Shown here in pieces: positions 53,800 through 64,000 of a stretch of 64,000 nt of DNA (the first letter of the stretch is position 1; each line of letters begins with the position of its first letter). Made by a program: the position numbers and the translations under genes. Origin of the DNA: Tubulanus polymorphus (lineage: Eukaryota > Animalia > Nemertea). The stretch is taken from positions 11,641,263 through 11,705,262 of the forward strand of contig NC_134028.1 of assembly GCF_964204645.1 (NCBI RefSeq), written 5' to 3'. The notes beneath the pieces were generated by a model that worked only from the letters and a program-made list of their open reading frames with translations, searched no databases and was not told the DNA's origin.

Positions 53800-54231
53800 T
53801 TAATTAACTAATTCTTTTAATAATTTATCTTGTTCTTCAACTGTTATATTACCATTTAACCTTATTATATAATCTAGTGTATTCTTTAATTTATTAATTT
53901 CTTTTATATTAGTTTTAATTTTTTCTTTATTACTTTTTATATTCAATTTTGAACTTATACCAGTTAAAGCACTTGAACTTAATCCTAATACGCCAATTGA
54001 TATAGCTAAAGGTGTTAATGGACTGAATATTGCTAGAAATGTTATTACTGAACTAATTGTAACCGAACCACTCATAATCAAATAATATATTATTTTACTC
54101 TTTAAATATTTTTTCTTTTTTATCTTTAAGTCACTTTCAAATTCTAATATTTGTTTTTCTAAATATGTTTTTAATTTAGTTTTATTTATATCATGAGGAA
54201 TAATATCAATATTATCAACTTTATCTTCCAT
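53800..54231 (-). CDS. Viral two-TM-helix protein
   Basis: 143 aa, with a central hydrophobic hairpin flanked by coiled coils; TAAATAAATG start. Confidence 0.65.
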   Translation of the reverse strand: MEDKVDNIDIIPHDINKTKLKTYLEKQILEFESDLKIKKKKYLKSKIIYYLIMSGSVTISSVITFLAIFSPLTPLAISIGVLGLSSSALTGISSKLNIKSNKEKIKTNIKEINKLKNTLDYIIRLNGNITVEEQDKLLKELVN

Positions 54232-54365
54232 TTATTTAGCAAAAAAAATTACTAATTAGTAAACTTATAAGCAACAAATATAACAATAACAGTTCCGCCT
54301 ACAATCCAAATTATTTCATATTTCTGTTGTTCTTTACTTGGGGTATAATAATCTGATAATTTAGG

Positions 54366-54674
54366 TTAGTATAGATGTAATTTTTCTTTATTGGTTACCG
54401 CGTTATATAAACTCATTGCATCATCAACTGATTGAAAATCTCTGTGTGAAATCTTCTGATCATATAATTCCTTGTTAATATAATCCATATAGTTTTGTCT
54501 CTTTTCTCTATATTCTTCAGCTGCTTTATTGTATTTCTCTAATGCTAAGTTATGTCTTTTTTGTTCTGTTAATGATCCATTTTTATCAATATGCTTGAAT
54601 AAATAACCACCACCAGTAAATGCTAAAGCGTTAACAATTGCCGATCCTATAATAGTTATAATTGCAGAAGCCAT
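54366..54674 (-). CDS. Viral membrane-associated protein (C-terminal TM probably lost by frameshift, to ~54250)
   Basis: MASAIITIIGSAIVNALAFTGGGYLF...EQKRHNLALE. A shifted frame continues LSDYYTPSKEQQKYEIIWIVGG. Confidence 0.65.
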   Translation of the reverse strand: MASAIITIIGSAIVNALAFTGGGYLFKHIDKNGSLTEQKRHNLALEKYNKAAEEYREKRQNYMDYINKELYDQKISHRDFQSVDDAMSLYNAVTNKEKLHLY

Positions 54675-54698
54675 TTATTTAGTAAAATAATTACGCAT

Positions 54699-54914
54699 TT
54701 ATATGGGAGGAATATGTTTTTCTAAATAATCAATAGTTAAATTAGATAAAGTAACAGCTAATGTTAATTTTAAAATATCATTTATATCAAATCTATCAAC
54801 ATTAACACTTCCCATTTTAAATACTTTTTTTAATACCATTGAATAACCAACAGTTCCAACTGATAGTAATGCGCCATTATATAATCCAGTTATTATCCAC
54901 TTATTATCACTCAT
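54699..54914 (-). CDS. Small hydrophobic viral protein
   Basis: 71 aa; the TAAATG start overlaps the upstream stop (ATGA). Confidence 0.6.
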   Translation of the reverse strand: MSDNKWIITGLYNGALLSVGTVGYSMVLKKVFKMGSVNVDRFDINDILKLTLAVTLSNLTIDYLEKHIPPI

Positions 54915-55255
54915 TTATTTATCAAAAAATTACTATCATCAAAATATTTAGTTAACTTATTTATGATTATTTCAACATATATTTCATTACTACTTTTATG
55001 ATTATCATATATTTTGGTTAATATGTTTTTAATATCATCAATAATTCCATCTTCATTTAATTCATAATATTCTAAAGGTGATTTAATTAAATCAATTACT
55101 TTTTCTATATTATAATTTTCTTTATTAATCATTGATGCATTGTTGAATGATTTACTTTTTATATCAGTAATTACATCATTTAGTTTAATTCTCATTTCTT
55201 TACCATGTTTAAAATCAAACCCAAAACATATACTCGGTCCAACAGTTATATTCAT
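54911..55255 (-). CDS. Viral hypothetical protein
   Basis: 114 aa, tightly packed in the gene array; TATAAATG start. Confidence 0.55.
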   Translation of the reverse strand: MNITVGPSICFGFDFKHGKEMRIKLNDVITDIKSKSFNNASMINKENYNIEKVIDLIKSPLEYYELNEDGIIDDIKNILTKIYDNHKSSNEIYVEIIINKLTKYFDDSNFLINK

Positions 55256-55272
55256 TTATATAGTGAAAAAAA

Positions 55273-56034
55273 TTACTCTTTACATCTTATAACTAATTCA
55301 TAAATTACAGGAAAGTTATTCAAATCAATTAAATATCCATTGTGATTTCTAATTTCTAATCTAAAATTATTAAAACGACGAATGCATGGTTTGAAATCAC
55401 ATTCTGTTAAATTATAATTTATTTGCGTTCCAAATTCTTTAACATTCTTCAATGGTAAAATGTTTAGTAAACCAGAATTACAAGTTTTATCTTTAGTTGC
55501 TTCGAATGTTTTTGTAGGATCGATTAAATTGCAATAAATATAAAAATGCGTGTAAGGTATTAAGTTTGGTGTAACAGCATCAATATTTGTAAAAGATCTA
55601 TCTGGAAGAATTCCTAACAGTTTAGCTATAGGTTTTTTTACCATAAATTTATGTTTTTCACTATTAGACAACCTTATCTTTATTCTATCAGAACTATCAC
55701 TTTTTAAAAATCTAATACTAAACCCAGAACTACTACCTAATTTGTGCCAGGCTTTTCTATTAATTTCTTGTGCTAATGTATCTAAATTATATAACCCCGG
55801 TTTTAAATATATATAGACCCATGAATCTATGTGTCTATTAAAAACTAAAAAGGCTCTATGTTCAATAGTTTTATTCGATATATTATAAAAAGAATTACAT
55901 AAACTTATATTAACTAATTTTAAATCTACACAATTCTTGAATTCTCTATCTAATTGTACTAGTAAATTTTGTGATTTATAATTAGTAAGTCTACTAGAAT
56001 CAACAAATATTCTGTATTCTTTTAATTCTACCAT
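55273..56034 (-). CDS. Putative single-jelly-roll minor capsid (penton) protein
   Basis: LKPGLYNL..L, AKLLG, FYIYCNLI, GLLNILP and C-terminal LEIRNHNGYLIDLNN..VIYELVIR, a pattern typical of Polinton mCPs. Confidence 0.78.
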   Translation of the reverse strand: MVELKEYRIFVDSSRLTNYKSQNLLVQLDREFKNCVDLKLVNISLCNSFYNISNKTIEHRAFLVFNRHIDSWVYIYLKPGLYNLDTLAQEINRKAWHKLGSSSGFSIRFLKSDSSDRIKIRLSNSEKHKFMVKKPIAKLLGILPDRSFTNIDAVTPNLIPYTHFYIYCNLIDPTKTFEATKDKTCNSGLLNILPLKNVKEFGTQINYNLTECDFKPCIRRFNNFRLEIRNHNGYLIDLNNFPVIYELVIRCKE

Positions 56035-56048
56035 TTATTTTACATATT

Positions 56049-56402
56049 TTATTCGAAATCTATTTCATGATGCCCTTTTTCATTCTTACCTTTGTATACG
56101 AAATAGAAATCTCCAGAACATAATTCTTCTAGATCTTCACTTGATAATCTATGAAATCTATCCGGTAAATATGTTCTGAATTTATACGTATTTCCTTTTA
56201 ATCCTTCATATTCTAAGTGTATAACTAATTTATCTCCATAGTTATTAGTAACTGTAACAATATCTGTAATTAGATATTTCTTATGAATTGTTAATTCTGT
56301 TAACTTTTTGGATTTATAATCTACAGATTTTACATTTGTTATATCTTTAATTCTATCTAGAAATAATTTGTTGTTCTCACTGTGTGTTTGTTTACTCTCC
56401 AT
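56049..56402 (-). CDS. Small viral protein, possibly OB-fold ssDNA-binding
   Basis: KKLTEL...TNNYGDKLVIHL...TYLPDRF; lies next to pPolB. The fold is inferred. Confidence 0.55.
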   Translation of the reverse strand: MESKQTHSENNKLFLDRIKDITNVKSVDYKSKKLTELTIHKKYLITDIVTVTNNYGDKLVIHLEYEGLKGNTYKFRTYLPDRFHRLSSEDLEELCSGDFYFVYKGKNEKGHHEIDFE

Positions 56403-56431
56403 TTATAATGCATATTTTTATTAAAATTTGA

Positions 56432-59400
56432 TTAACACGTTAGAATTCTTTTCATTATATCGTTCTCTTTTGTTTCTTCTCTTTTAAATTTTAAGTATTC
56501 ATCTAAATTGCAACCATAAGCAACTGTATGAATTCCATCATCTAGAATATATCTTTTATCATCAAATGGGTTTAGACTTATCTTTTCAATTTCTTCAATA
56601 AACATTTCATGATCTTCAGATCTTAAACATCTCATCTTATGTTTTCTAACTTCTTCATTGAATATACAATTGATGTAATCTTTGAAATGAATATTCTTTT
56701 CTACTACACTTTTGGTTATTCCTTTTAACTTTTTAGCTTCATGTTCTTTAGTTTTATATGAATACATTTTAGATCTAATACCGATGAATTCAATCATTTC
56801 TTCACCACCTAATTCATCTTTGAATTTACCGGGAACTTTTTTATTATCATTGCTAAACAATTCATGATCTTTAGGATAATTACTGAAATCAAAATGATGT
56901 TTTAATGTTTTTAAATCATCAGTTATGTTATCAGTTTTTATCTTTAATATGTAACTGTCAGTATCAAAATATAATATTTCTATATGTTTTTCTCCGAAAA
57001 GTGGTTGTAATACATTATAATAAAATTCATACATTAGTAATTTTGATAATTCTAAAACTGAAGCGCCAACATAGATTGGTTTATTAAATTTCATTGATGT
57101 TCTTCTCATTTTAACTGCGGCTAAATTTTCATCAAATATTCTGTTACCTAAAAACTTAGGATATGATTGTAAATGTCTAATTCTTTTACCATTACTAACT
57201 AACTCAATATCATTTCTATTTCTAATATTTTCACAAGTCTTACCATAGAATGCATTATTCATTAACTTGAAGAAATCTTTCTCGAAATCAGTTTTAGCTT
57301 CAGTTCTCTGTTTGGTGTTAAAATCTATATATTTTTCTAACCATTTAGATTGACTAAATGAAATATATCTATGTACTTTTTTAGAACCATTCCTTGATTC
57401 AAATAAAACTTTAACATTCTATAATGTACTACATAATTATTTTTATCTTCTTGAGTTACCATTAACTTTTCTGTATGAATAAGATTTTCGGGTTAAATTC
57501 TTTTTTGATAATTTGATAATTCTTCATGAGTAACGGTTTTATGGTCGGGACAGTATGCTAGATTTCTAGATTTAAATTTAATATGTTCAGGATATTCTAA
57601 ATCTACAACAAAGAAGTAACCAGTATCTGAATCATCTGCAATATCTAGAATTCTTTTCTTCCAATCAAATTTATCATTATTTTCATTCTGTAAAACTTCA
57701 CTTATTTCAAATACTCCATAAGGTTGTGGTTCCATCATTGCCCAACCATACAAATTATTTGCATCTATATATAATAACTTATATCCAGGGTTATCATTTA
57801 CATTGAAATATCTATCACCTAATACACCTGAAACTCCTCCTCTTATAGATTTTTCAAATAATAATAATTGATCTATATTTGTTAACAAATCCATTTTTAT
57901 ATCTGTAAATTTTAATCCACAATCCCATGTTAAACCTGGTGATGAATAACAATGACATGGATCAATATTGAAATATTTTAGGTTTACATCTCTAAACCTT
58001 TCGAATATATCGGTTAATAATAATACATCTGATTTTAAATATAAATCTACTAATTGCCCATGATTTTTTATTTTGAAATGATTCCAAATATTCAATGTTC
58101 TATTATATACTTCATCTTTAACATATTCATTTTTTAATTCATCATAAAATTGTTCTTTTAATAATTCAGTTATATTGAAATCATTATGTGATTTATAAAA
58201 TGAATATGGAATTGCGCCTTTATATCTCATTAATTGAAAATCATCATTATTTGGATAGTGTTGTTTTTATATTTTTAATTCATCATCAACTAATGATTTT
58301 GATAAGTTATCTAATGAACTATTTAAAAATCTATATGAATATATAAACCTTAGGCAACCAAATTGGAATGATATATAATTCTCAGATGTTTTAGCTAACA
58401 TTCTAAATTTATAAGTTGGTATTTTATCTTTTGATCTATTTGAATTTAATCTTTCTATTTCATTATTAATTTCTTCTATTTCATGGCATAACTGTTTGAT
58501 GAATAAATGTGCATCATATCCTGATAGATTATGAAATATAACTGGTACAAAATTAATTTTCTTAGCTTGTAAGTTACAATTCTCATATGCAGCGCCTCTA
58601 AACTTTCCGTTCAAATGATCATGGTCTCTTACTTTTTTATCTTTATAATTAAATATCTTTTCACAATAATAACATTTATCTGCAAGCGCAAATACTTCTT
58701 TATCTTCTTCTATCATTATAATTTCTATATTTGTATTCAATAATTTACTAAATCTTATTTCATATTCAATTAATAAGTCACAAAAATGATTGATAACATT
58801 TTCATTTCTATAATCATAATATTCACTTTCAATTAGTTCTGGATAATGAGATTTAATATATAACCCGAAAGCTGCAGCTGATTGATGAATCTTTTTAATA
58901 GTATTTGTTTTTGGTGGTTCTTCAGAATAATCATTTTCATTAGAATTTAATTTCTTTCTTTTATAATATATTTCTTTTCTATCTTGATCAGTTAGTTCTT
59001 TATTTAATGATTCAAAATCTCCATATATAACAAATGGAACTTTATTGTAATCATATTTTTTGAATTCTAATATTTTATCCTTTTTATTTGGTAAAACTAA
59101 TTTACAATAATCATGATTTTCACATAATTGTTTATGATTTAATAATGTACTTTCATTACTGAATTTATGTAAACATTTTCTACAAAGATATATTTTATGG
59201 TGATCATTTTCTGATTTAAAAAATAAATCGATTTGTTTAATCCACATATAATGATTCTCATAATATAGTATATCTATAACATCGTTTGAATCATAATCTT
59301 TTGATAGATATAAAGGTTCTAATGTATATTATTTTATATTGTTACCTTTTGTATTTGGTAATTTGATTAAATCAAATACATTTATCTTTATATTATTATC

Positions 59401-60468
59401 TCTTTCTATTTTTGGGATGTTTTTAATTATAACAGGATACTTATCTATCTTATAATTATTTTCAAATTGTTTATAATTTGTTAATCTATAAGTATGTTTA
59501 TTATAATCTTCAACTGGGTGTAAACAACTTATTATAGCCCATAGAAAACATTTATCATCTTCATTTTGAACATTTATTACAGCATTAGTTTTAAATGGTA
59601 GTTTAATATAACTCGATGCTTCAATATCTGGTTCTTTATAATATGATACATTATTTTCATCAATTGGTTTTGATTTAGTTAACTTATTATATTTTGTGTT
59701 ATAAACATGTAAAGTCATAAATATTATTTCATCAAATATTAAACCTGATCCTTCAAAATATTTCTCTTCTATTTTAGTTTTTACTTCATTATAACATTTA
59801 TTTAATTTATCATCTATATGTTGTTTAGATATAATATGTTGTGAATGAGAATTTATATTATATATTGGTTTATCTTCGGATTTTATAAACTTTACTTTAG
59901 AAGATATACTAATTTTAGGATATTCAACATCAGTTATTATTTTTATTATTTCTTTCATATTTTCTAAATGTTTTTTATTTTCTTCTAATGTTTTTCCTTT
60001 ATGAAAATTAAACTCGATAGCTGCTGGGCCAATATCACTTTTAAATGCTTCGGTTATCTCTATATCTTTTTTATTATCTAATGAATTAATATAATTTCTT
60101 ACATCTTCCATGTATGGTCTTTTATTGTTTAATTTATTTTTTCTGCTTTTAATTGTCTTCTGTTTCTTATCATTATCTTTATCAAAATAATCTTCACCTA
60201 AAATATCATTATTCTTATTTCTAATATGACTTTTAGATTTTAAATGTTCTTTATAATATCTTTTATCACTGAATGATTGATTACATGTATCACATTTATA
60301 TGTTTCTTTTTCATTCTTTAATTCATCTAATTTAGTTTCTAATATATCATCTTCATATTCTAATTTCAATTTATTCTCTAAATGTGTTTTAGTTTTATTG
60401 TGTCTTGCTTTTTGGGATTTATCTATATTGATATTACATGTTGGGCAGTAGTACTTATTTGCTTCCAT
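56432..60468 (-). pseudogene. polB: Protein-primed family B DNA polymerase (pPolB), frameshifted into four ORFs
   Basis: Two N-terminal C2H2 fingers, NVQNEDDKCFLWAI (vOTU-like), YGDFES ExoI, VRDHDH..GKFRGAA..CNL (EndoVII-like), FHNLSGYD ExoII, YIDANNLYGWAM, KLMNNAFYGK, YFDTDS. Confidence 0.93.
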
Positions 60469-60671
60469 TTTAATACTAAATTTTTTATTAAAACTGATTT
60501 TAGAAGTTCAATGATTTATATCATGTATTATTTCAATCACACTTTACTAACACTTTTAATGTTTAAACATCTAACTCATACAAATATGAATATTGAAATA
60601 ATGTTGTAAATATATACTTTTATATTGAATAATCTGTCAATTTAAATGTTATTCATTTACATGAATATTTT

Positions 60672-61087
60672 AAGAGTAATAGGGGTAATGGGCTTTCAGG
60701 TTAAAGGTTGAAGGGTCGAGGTCATTAAAAACAAATATTAAAAGTATTTTAAAACTATGATATATTTTCATAACCGTGTGTATTTCAGTTGAATAATAGA
60801 ATAATTATTATTATTTGAATATATTTGATTATATGAATTTGTGTATTGTAAATAAATCAATTGGTCGCGGAGCGGAGTGGTAGCGAAGTGGAGCGACCAA
60901 TTGATTTAATACAATATGCTTTTAAAATCTAAATTATTAATATCTTAGAATAAATATTTAGTTATAATATAAAATACACACGGTTATGAAAATATATTAT
61001 AGTTTTAAATTACTTTTAATGTTTTGTTTTTTAATGAGCTCGACCCTTCGACCTTTGGCCTGAAAGCCCATTACCCCTATTACTCTT
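60672..61087. repeat. ~416-bp foldback (inverted duplication of the terminal sequence)
   Basis: Arms AAGAGTAATAGGGGTAATGGGCTTTCAGG... and ...CCTGAAAGCCCATTACCCCTATTACTCTT. The inner stem AAATCAATTGGTCGC/GCGACCAATTGATTT surrounds a G-rich loop. Confidence 0.92.
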
Positions 61088-61491
61088 ATTCATACCAGGG
61101 ACATTTTATTCAGACAAGGACTATTAGTTAAACACTGATCTTCATTTCCATTAATTAATGATCTGTTGAATCAATTATTATTCAGTCTTTCGGTGGTTCG
61201 AGATAAAATGCCCGCAAGAACCTAACGAACCAGGGCTCCAAACAGGTACATTTTCGAAACGACACAATCCAATCATGTTTGGTATCAAATAACTCGTGGC
61301 GTGGACCATCGTCTATTAACTGACCAATGCATGACCAGTACCATATAGTAAATTATTTGTTTTGCAAACAATTAAGTCGTTTGGTGTCAAATAACTAGAT
61401 ATGATGTGAGTAAATGGAATATCAGGGCTTCAGATCAGAGGACAAGAGGACGACACACCACTCATCACCACAAGTAATTTTTTTTTAATAA

Positions 61492-61817
61492 ATGGGAGAT
61501 AGAAAAGCATTCTTAGCGGCAATAAATAACAGAATAACACAAGCAAAAAAACAATTTGAAATAAAAAAGTTGGTCGGTGTTACAAAAGAAATTGAACATA
61601 AAATATTAAAATTAGAAAAGGTAAAAACTAAATATGGAGATAAAATATCAGCAAATTTAAGTTACTCTAATGTTCGTACAACGCGAGAATTTAAAGTATT
61701 TTTACCTGATAAATGGGTTTCATTGAGTACAGAGGAATTAAAAGATTAAGAAGGATTTAAATTAATCTATCATGGAAAAAATGAAGACGGGCATCATGAT
61801 TAAGAAGTTGTTGATTA
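61492..61817 (+). pseudogene. Paralog of the 56049-56402 protein, truncated by stops
   Basis: KTKYGDKISANL...KVFLPDKW..LSTEEL; after the stop a shifted frame gives YHGKNEDGHHD (compare YKGKNEKGHHE). Confidence 0.75.
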
Positions 61818-62268
61818 AAACAATAAATTGATAATAAAATTAATTAAATATTAAGAATCCAAAATGACTTATCTGGACAATTTAATTGCTCCGCATAGAT
61901 AGACAAAAGTAGTGAGATATTTTATTGATACAAAATGAAATTATTTTTTTGCTTTTTTTCTAAAATATCAATCCATTTTATTTATGGTGAATTTTGGAAT
62001 TTCAGAAGTATTTTCATTTTTAATAGTAGTAGTTTCAGAATTATTGATATTATAAATTTTATTTGATTTTTTATACCAACTACACCCAATCAAAATGAAT
62101 ACAATTACAAATCCAGTTGTAAAATATAAATATTTATTAAATATTCTATTATCAGAAGGAGTAGAAATAACAATATTTTCACCATTTTTATTTACATCTT
62201 TATTATTTATTTTTTCTTTTACAGCTTTTTAAAATTCTCTTCATTTAATTCCTAATTGCCGAGACCAT

Positions 62269-62874
62269 TCAATTTGTTTCTGTGATCTCGGTTTTTTCTT
62301 CACAGTTAATCCTTTCATCTCTTCCACTTCGCCCATTTATTGTAGAAAAATTTTTACTTTCAATATTTGAAAATGTTATAACTCCAGTTGATAATAATGT
62401 CATAAATCCACCTAATTGAAATGATAAATATCCAATCCATTTATTTAATTCAGTCATAACTAAATAATCATTTTTTAAATCGGAATATAATCTATTTTCA
62501 TCTTCAATTGGTAGCATATATTTACATAATTTACTATAACCTTTTACTACATTTTCTGATAACACATAGTTAATTCTAGCTATTCTCGCAGTTTCGTAAA
62601 TCTTAAATAATTTAATAATTTGATCTGGTTTCATTGTATCTAATTCATTATAAGATAAATTTTTACCAATAAAAGTTTTACATTTTCCAGATGCTATTAA
62701 TATTTCTAATTGATGTTTGCAATAAAGATAATATTCATAATTATTATTTGTTGTAACATCATTTAAAGCACCATCATCTGGAGTTAATTTTGTTTCTGTT
62801 ATTCCTAAATCATCCGAAATTTTTTCAATTGGAACATCACTATTTTTAGATTTTATTTTCTTTTCACCTCCCAT
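62269..62874 (-). CDS. Viral hypothetical protein with a hydrophobic C-terminal segment
   Basis: 201-aa AT-rich ORF downstream of the ATPase. Confidence 0.6.
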   Translation of the reverse strand: MGGEKKIKSKNSDVPIEKISDDLGITETKLTPDDGALNDVTTNNNYEYYLYCKHQLEILIASGKCKTFIGKNLSYNELDTMKPDQIIKLFKIYETARIARINYVLSENVVKGYSKLCKYMLPIEDENRLYSDLKNDYLVMTELNKWIGYLSFQLGGFMTLLSTGVITFSNIESKNFSTINGRSGRDERINCEEKTEITETN

Positions 62875-63083
62875 TCATATAACAAAAAATCAATTGTGTT
62901 GTTGCAACTAGAATTTAACGAGAATGTAACTGAAAATATACTAGATTAACAAGCTGGTTTAAATATTATTGTTTTTATTTATTTCATCTGTTGAATTTCA
63001 TTTGATTTTTATTTCAACTACCAATTACTAGAATTCAAATAGAATGTTACTTAAGATATAATAGATTAGCAAGCTAGTTGAAT

Positions 63084-63692
63084 TTAAATAAATTCATATT
63101 TAAATGGATGTTGTAATCGAAATAGTAATTTTGATCTTTTATTATTTTTCAATTTATCCACATATTCATTATGTAAATCATGTGGAATAATATCATTTTC
63201 CTCAAGTGCATTTTTCATCGATTTTCTATCTTTATAGTAGAATAAAACTAAAAATCTAATGTTTTCTCTAAAATCTTTAACAATTGAATTATATTTTTGA
63301 TTTATAACCCATGTTGTTATCCCAAAATGTCTCCCAGAGAAAGCTAAATAGCATAACTCACTTTCTCTAACTTTTGAATCATGTAGATTAGCACAATCAT
63401 CTATGATAAATAATGTATTAGATCCTTTATATATATCAATTGCTATTTTAATACAATTATCTAAATTTTCTTTAACTGTTTTAGGATCTAATATAATAAA
63501 TTTATTATTTCTAGTAATATTTCTATCATAAGGTTGATTAACTTCATATGTTGGACAAAATAATACTATATTATCAAAATAGTTTTTATAAATAGTTTCT
63601 AATAAATCTAATATAAAATAAGTTTTTCCACAATTTGTTACACCAGAAATTTACATATTATGAGGCTCAAATATAAATAATTCCTTATTCAT
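63084..63692 (-). pseudogene. A32/FtsK-HerA-type packaging ATPase with a premature stop (not in ORF track)
   Basis: MNKELFIFEPHNM*ISGVTNCGKT (Walker A), TLFIIDDC (Walker B), SGRHFGITTWVINQ. The TAA is at 63651-63653. Confidence 0.9.
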
Positions 63693-64000
63693 TTATATAT
63701 TTTTAATTTTACTTGATAATAACCATTCATTAAATTTATCTGGCCATCCAACCCATTTTACTAAAGAATATTTTTTTCTATTAACAGTTTTTGTTTTCAA
63801 TACTTTTTCAAATTTATATTCTTGTTCTAGATTTTCAGTAGTTAAACTTAATTCTTCTTCATAAAAATACCCATCAACTTCTTCACCATCTAAATCTTCT
63901 AATTTATAGACATATGGTTTTGTTGTTATTACCTTTTTTATTTTATATATTTCTCTAGTAAAATTACGATCGTATCCTTTGTCAAATATCTTTCTATACT
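63693..64000 (-). CDS. C-terminus of a Polinton retroviral-like integrase with chromodomain (partial; not in ORF track)
   Basis: IFDKGYDRNFTREIY...PYVYKLEDLDGEEVDGYFYEEEL...FEKVLK...SLVKWVGWPDKFNEW*. The stop abuts the ATPase ATG (TAAATG). Confidence 0.88.
   Translation of the reverse strand, partial: YRKIFDKGYDRNFTREIYKIKKVITTKPYVYKLEDLDGEEVDGYFYEEELSLTTENLEQEYKFEKVLKTKTVNRKKYSLVKWVGWPDKFNEWLLSSKIKNI

Larger units (their letters stand above)
37304..61087. mobile_element. Polinton/Maverick-like endogenous DNA virus (decayed; ~14.8 kb excluding the BEL insertion)
   Basis: Inverted terminal sequences AGAGTAATAGGG.TAAT.GGCTTTCA.GCCAAAGGTCGAA.GGTCGAGCTC. A second inverted block is at ~37595-37680 and ~60523-60605. 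Candidate 6-bp TSD ATTCAC/ATTCAT. Contains pPolB, MCP and mCP; very AT-rich and intronless. Confidence 0.85.

Overview
This is AT-rich eukaryotic DNA, probably from an invertebrate animal (inferred from spliceosomal introns and the transposon families present); it is not prokaryotic. Positions 1-35.4 kb hold the first seven coding exons of a minus-strand host PARN (poly(A)-specific ribonuclease) gene, which the ORF track misses. Its introns are packed with transposons: a decayed hAT, an L2/CR1 LINE, Helentron-like repeats, Kolobok-like and Merlin MITEs, and an LTR fused to a tRNA-Ala copy. Intron 1 also holds an apparently intact 4.7-kb Merlin transposon with an 8-bp TSD that carries a second, spliced gene for a DUF3987-like P-loop ATPase/helicase. 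From 37.3 kb to the window end lies decayed Polinton/Maverick-like virus DNA (pPolB, major and minor capsid, A32-type ATPase, chromodomain integrase, several membrane proteins). It has a 24-bp tandem array, a ~416-bp terminal foldback, and poxvirus-late-like T-tract/TAAATG starts on most genes. A young BEL/Pao LTR retrotransposon is nested in it and itself contains a MULE-like element and a MITE. All family assignments come from motif recognition by eye; no database searches were run.
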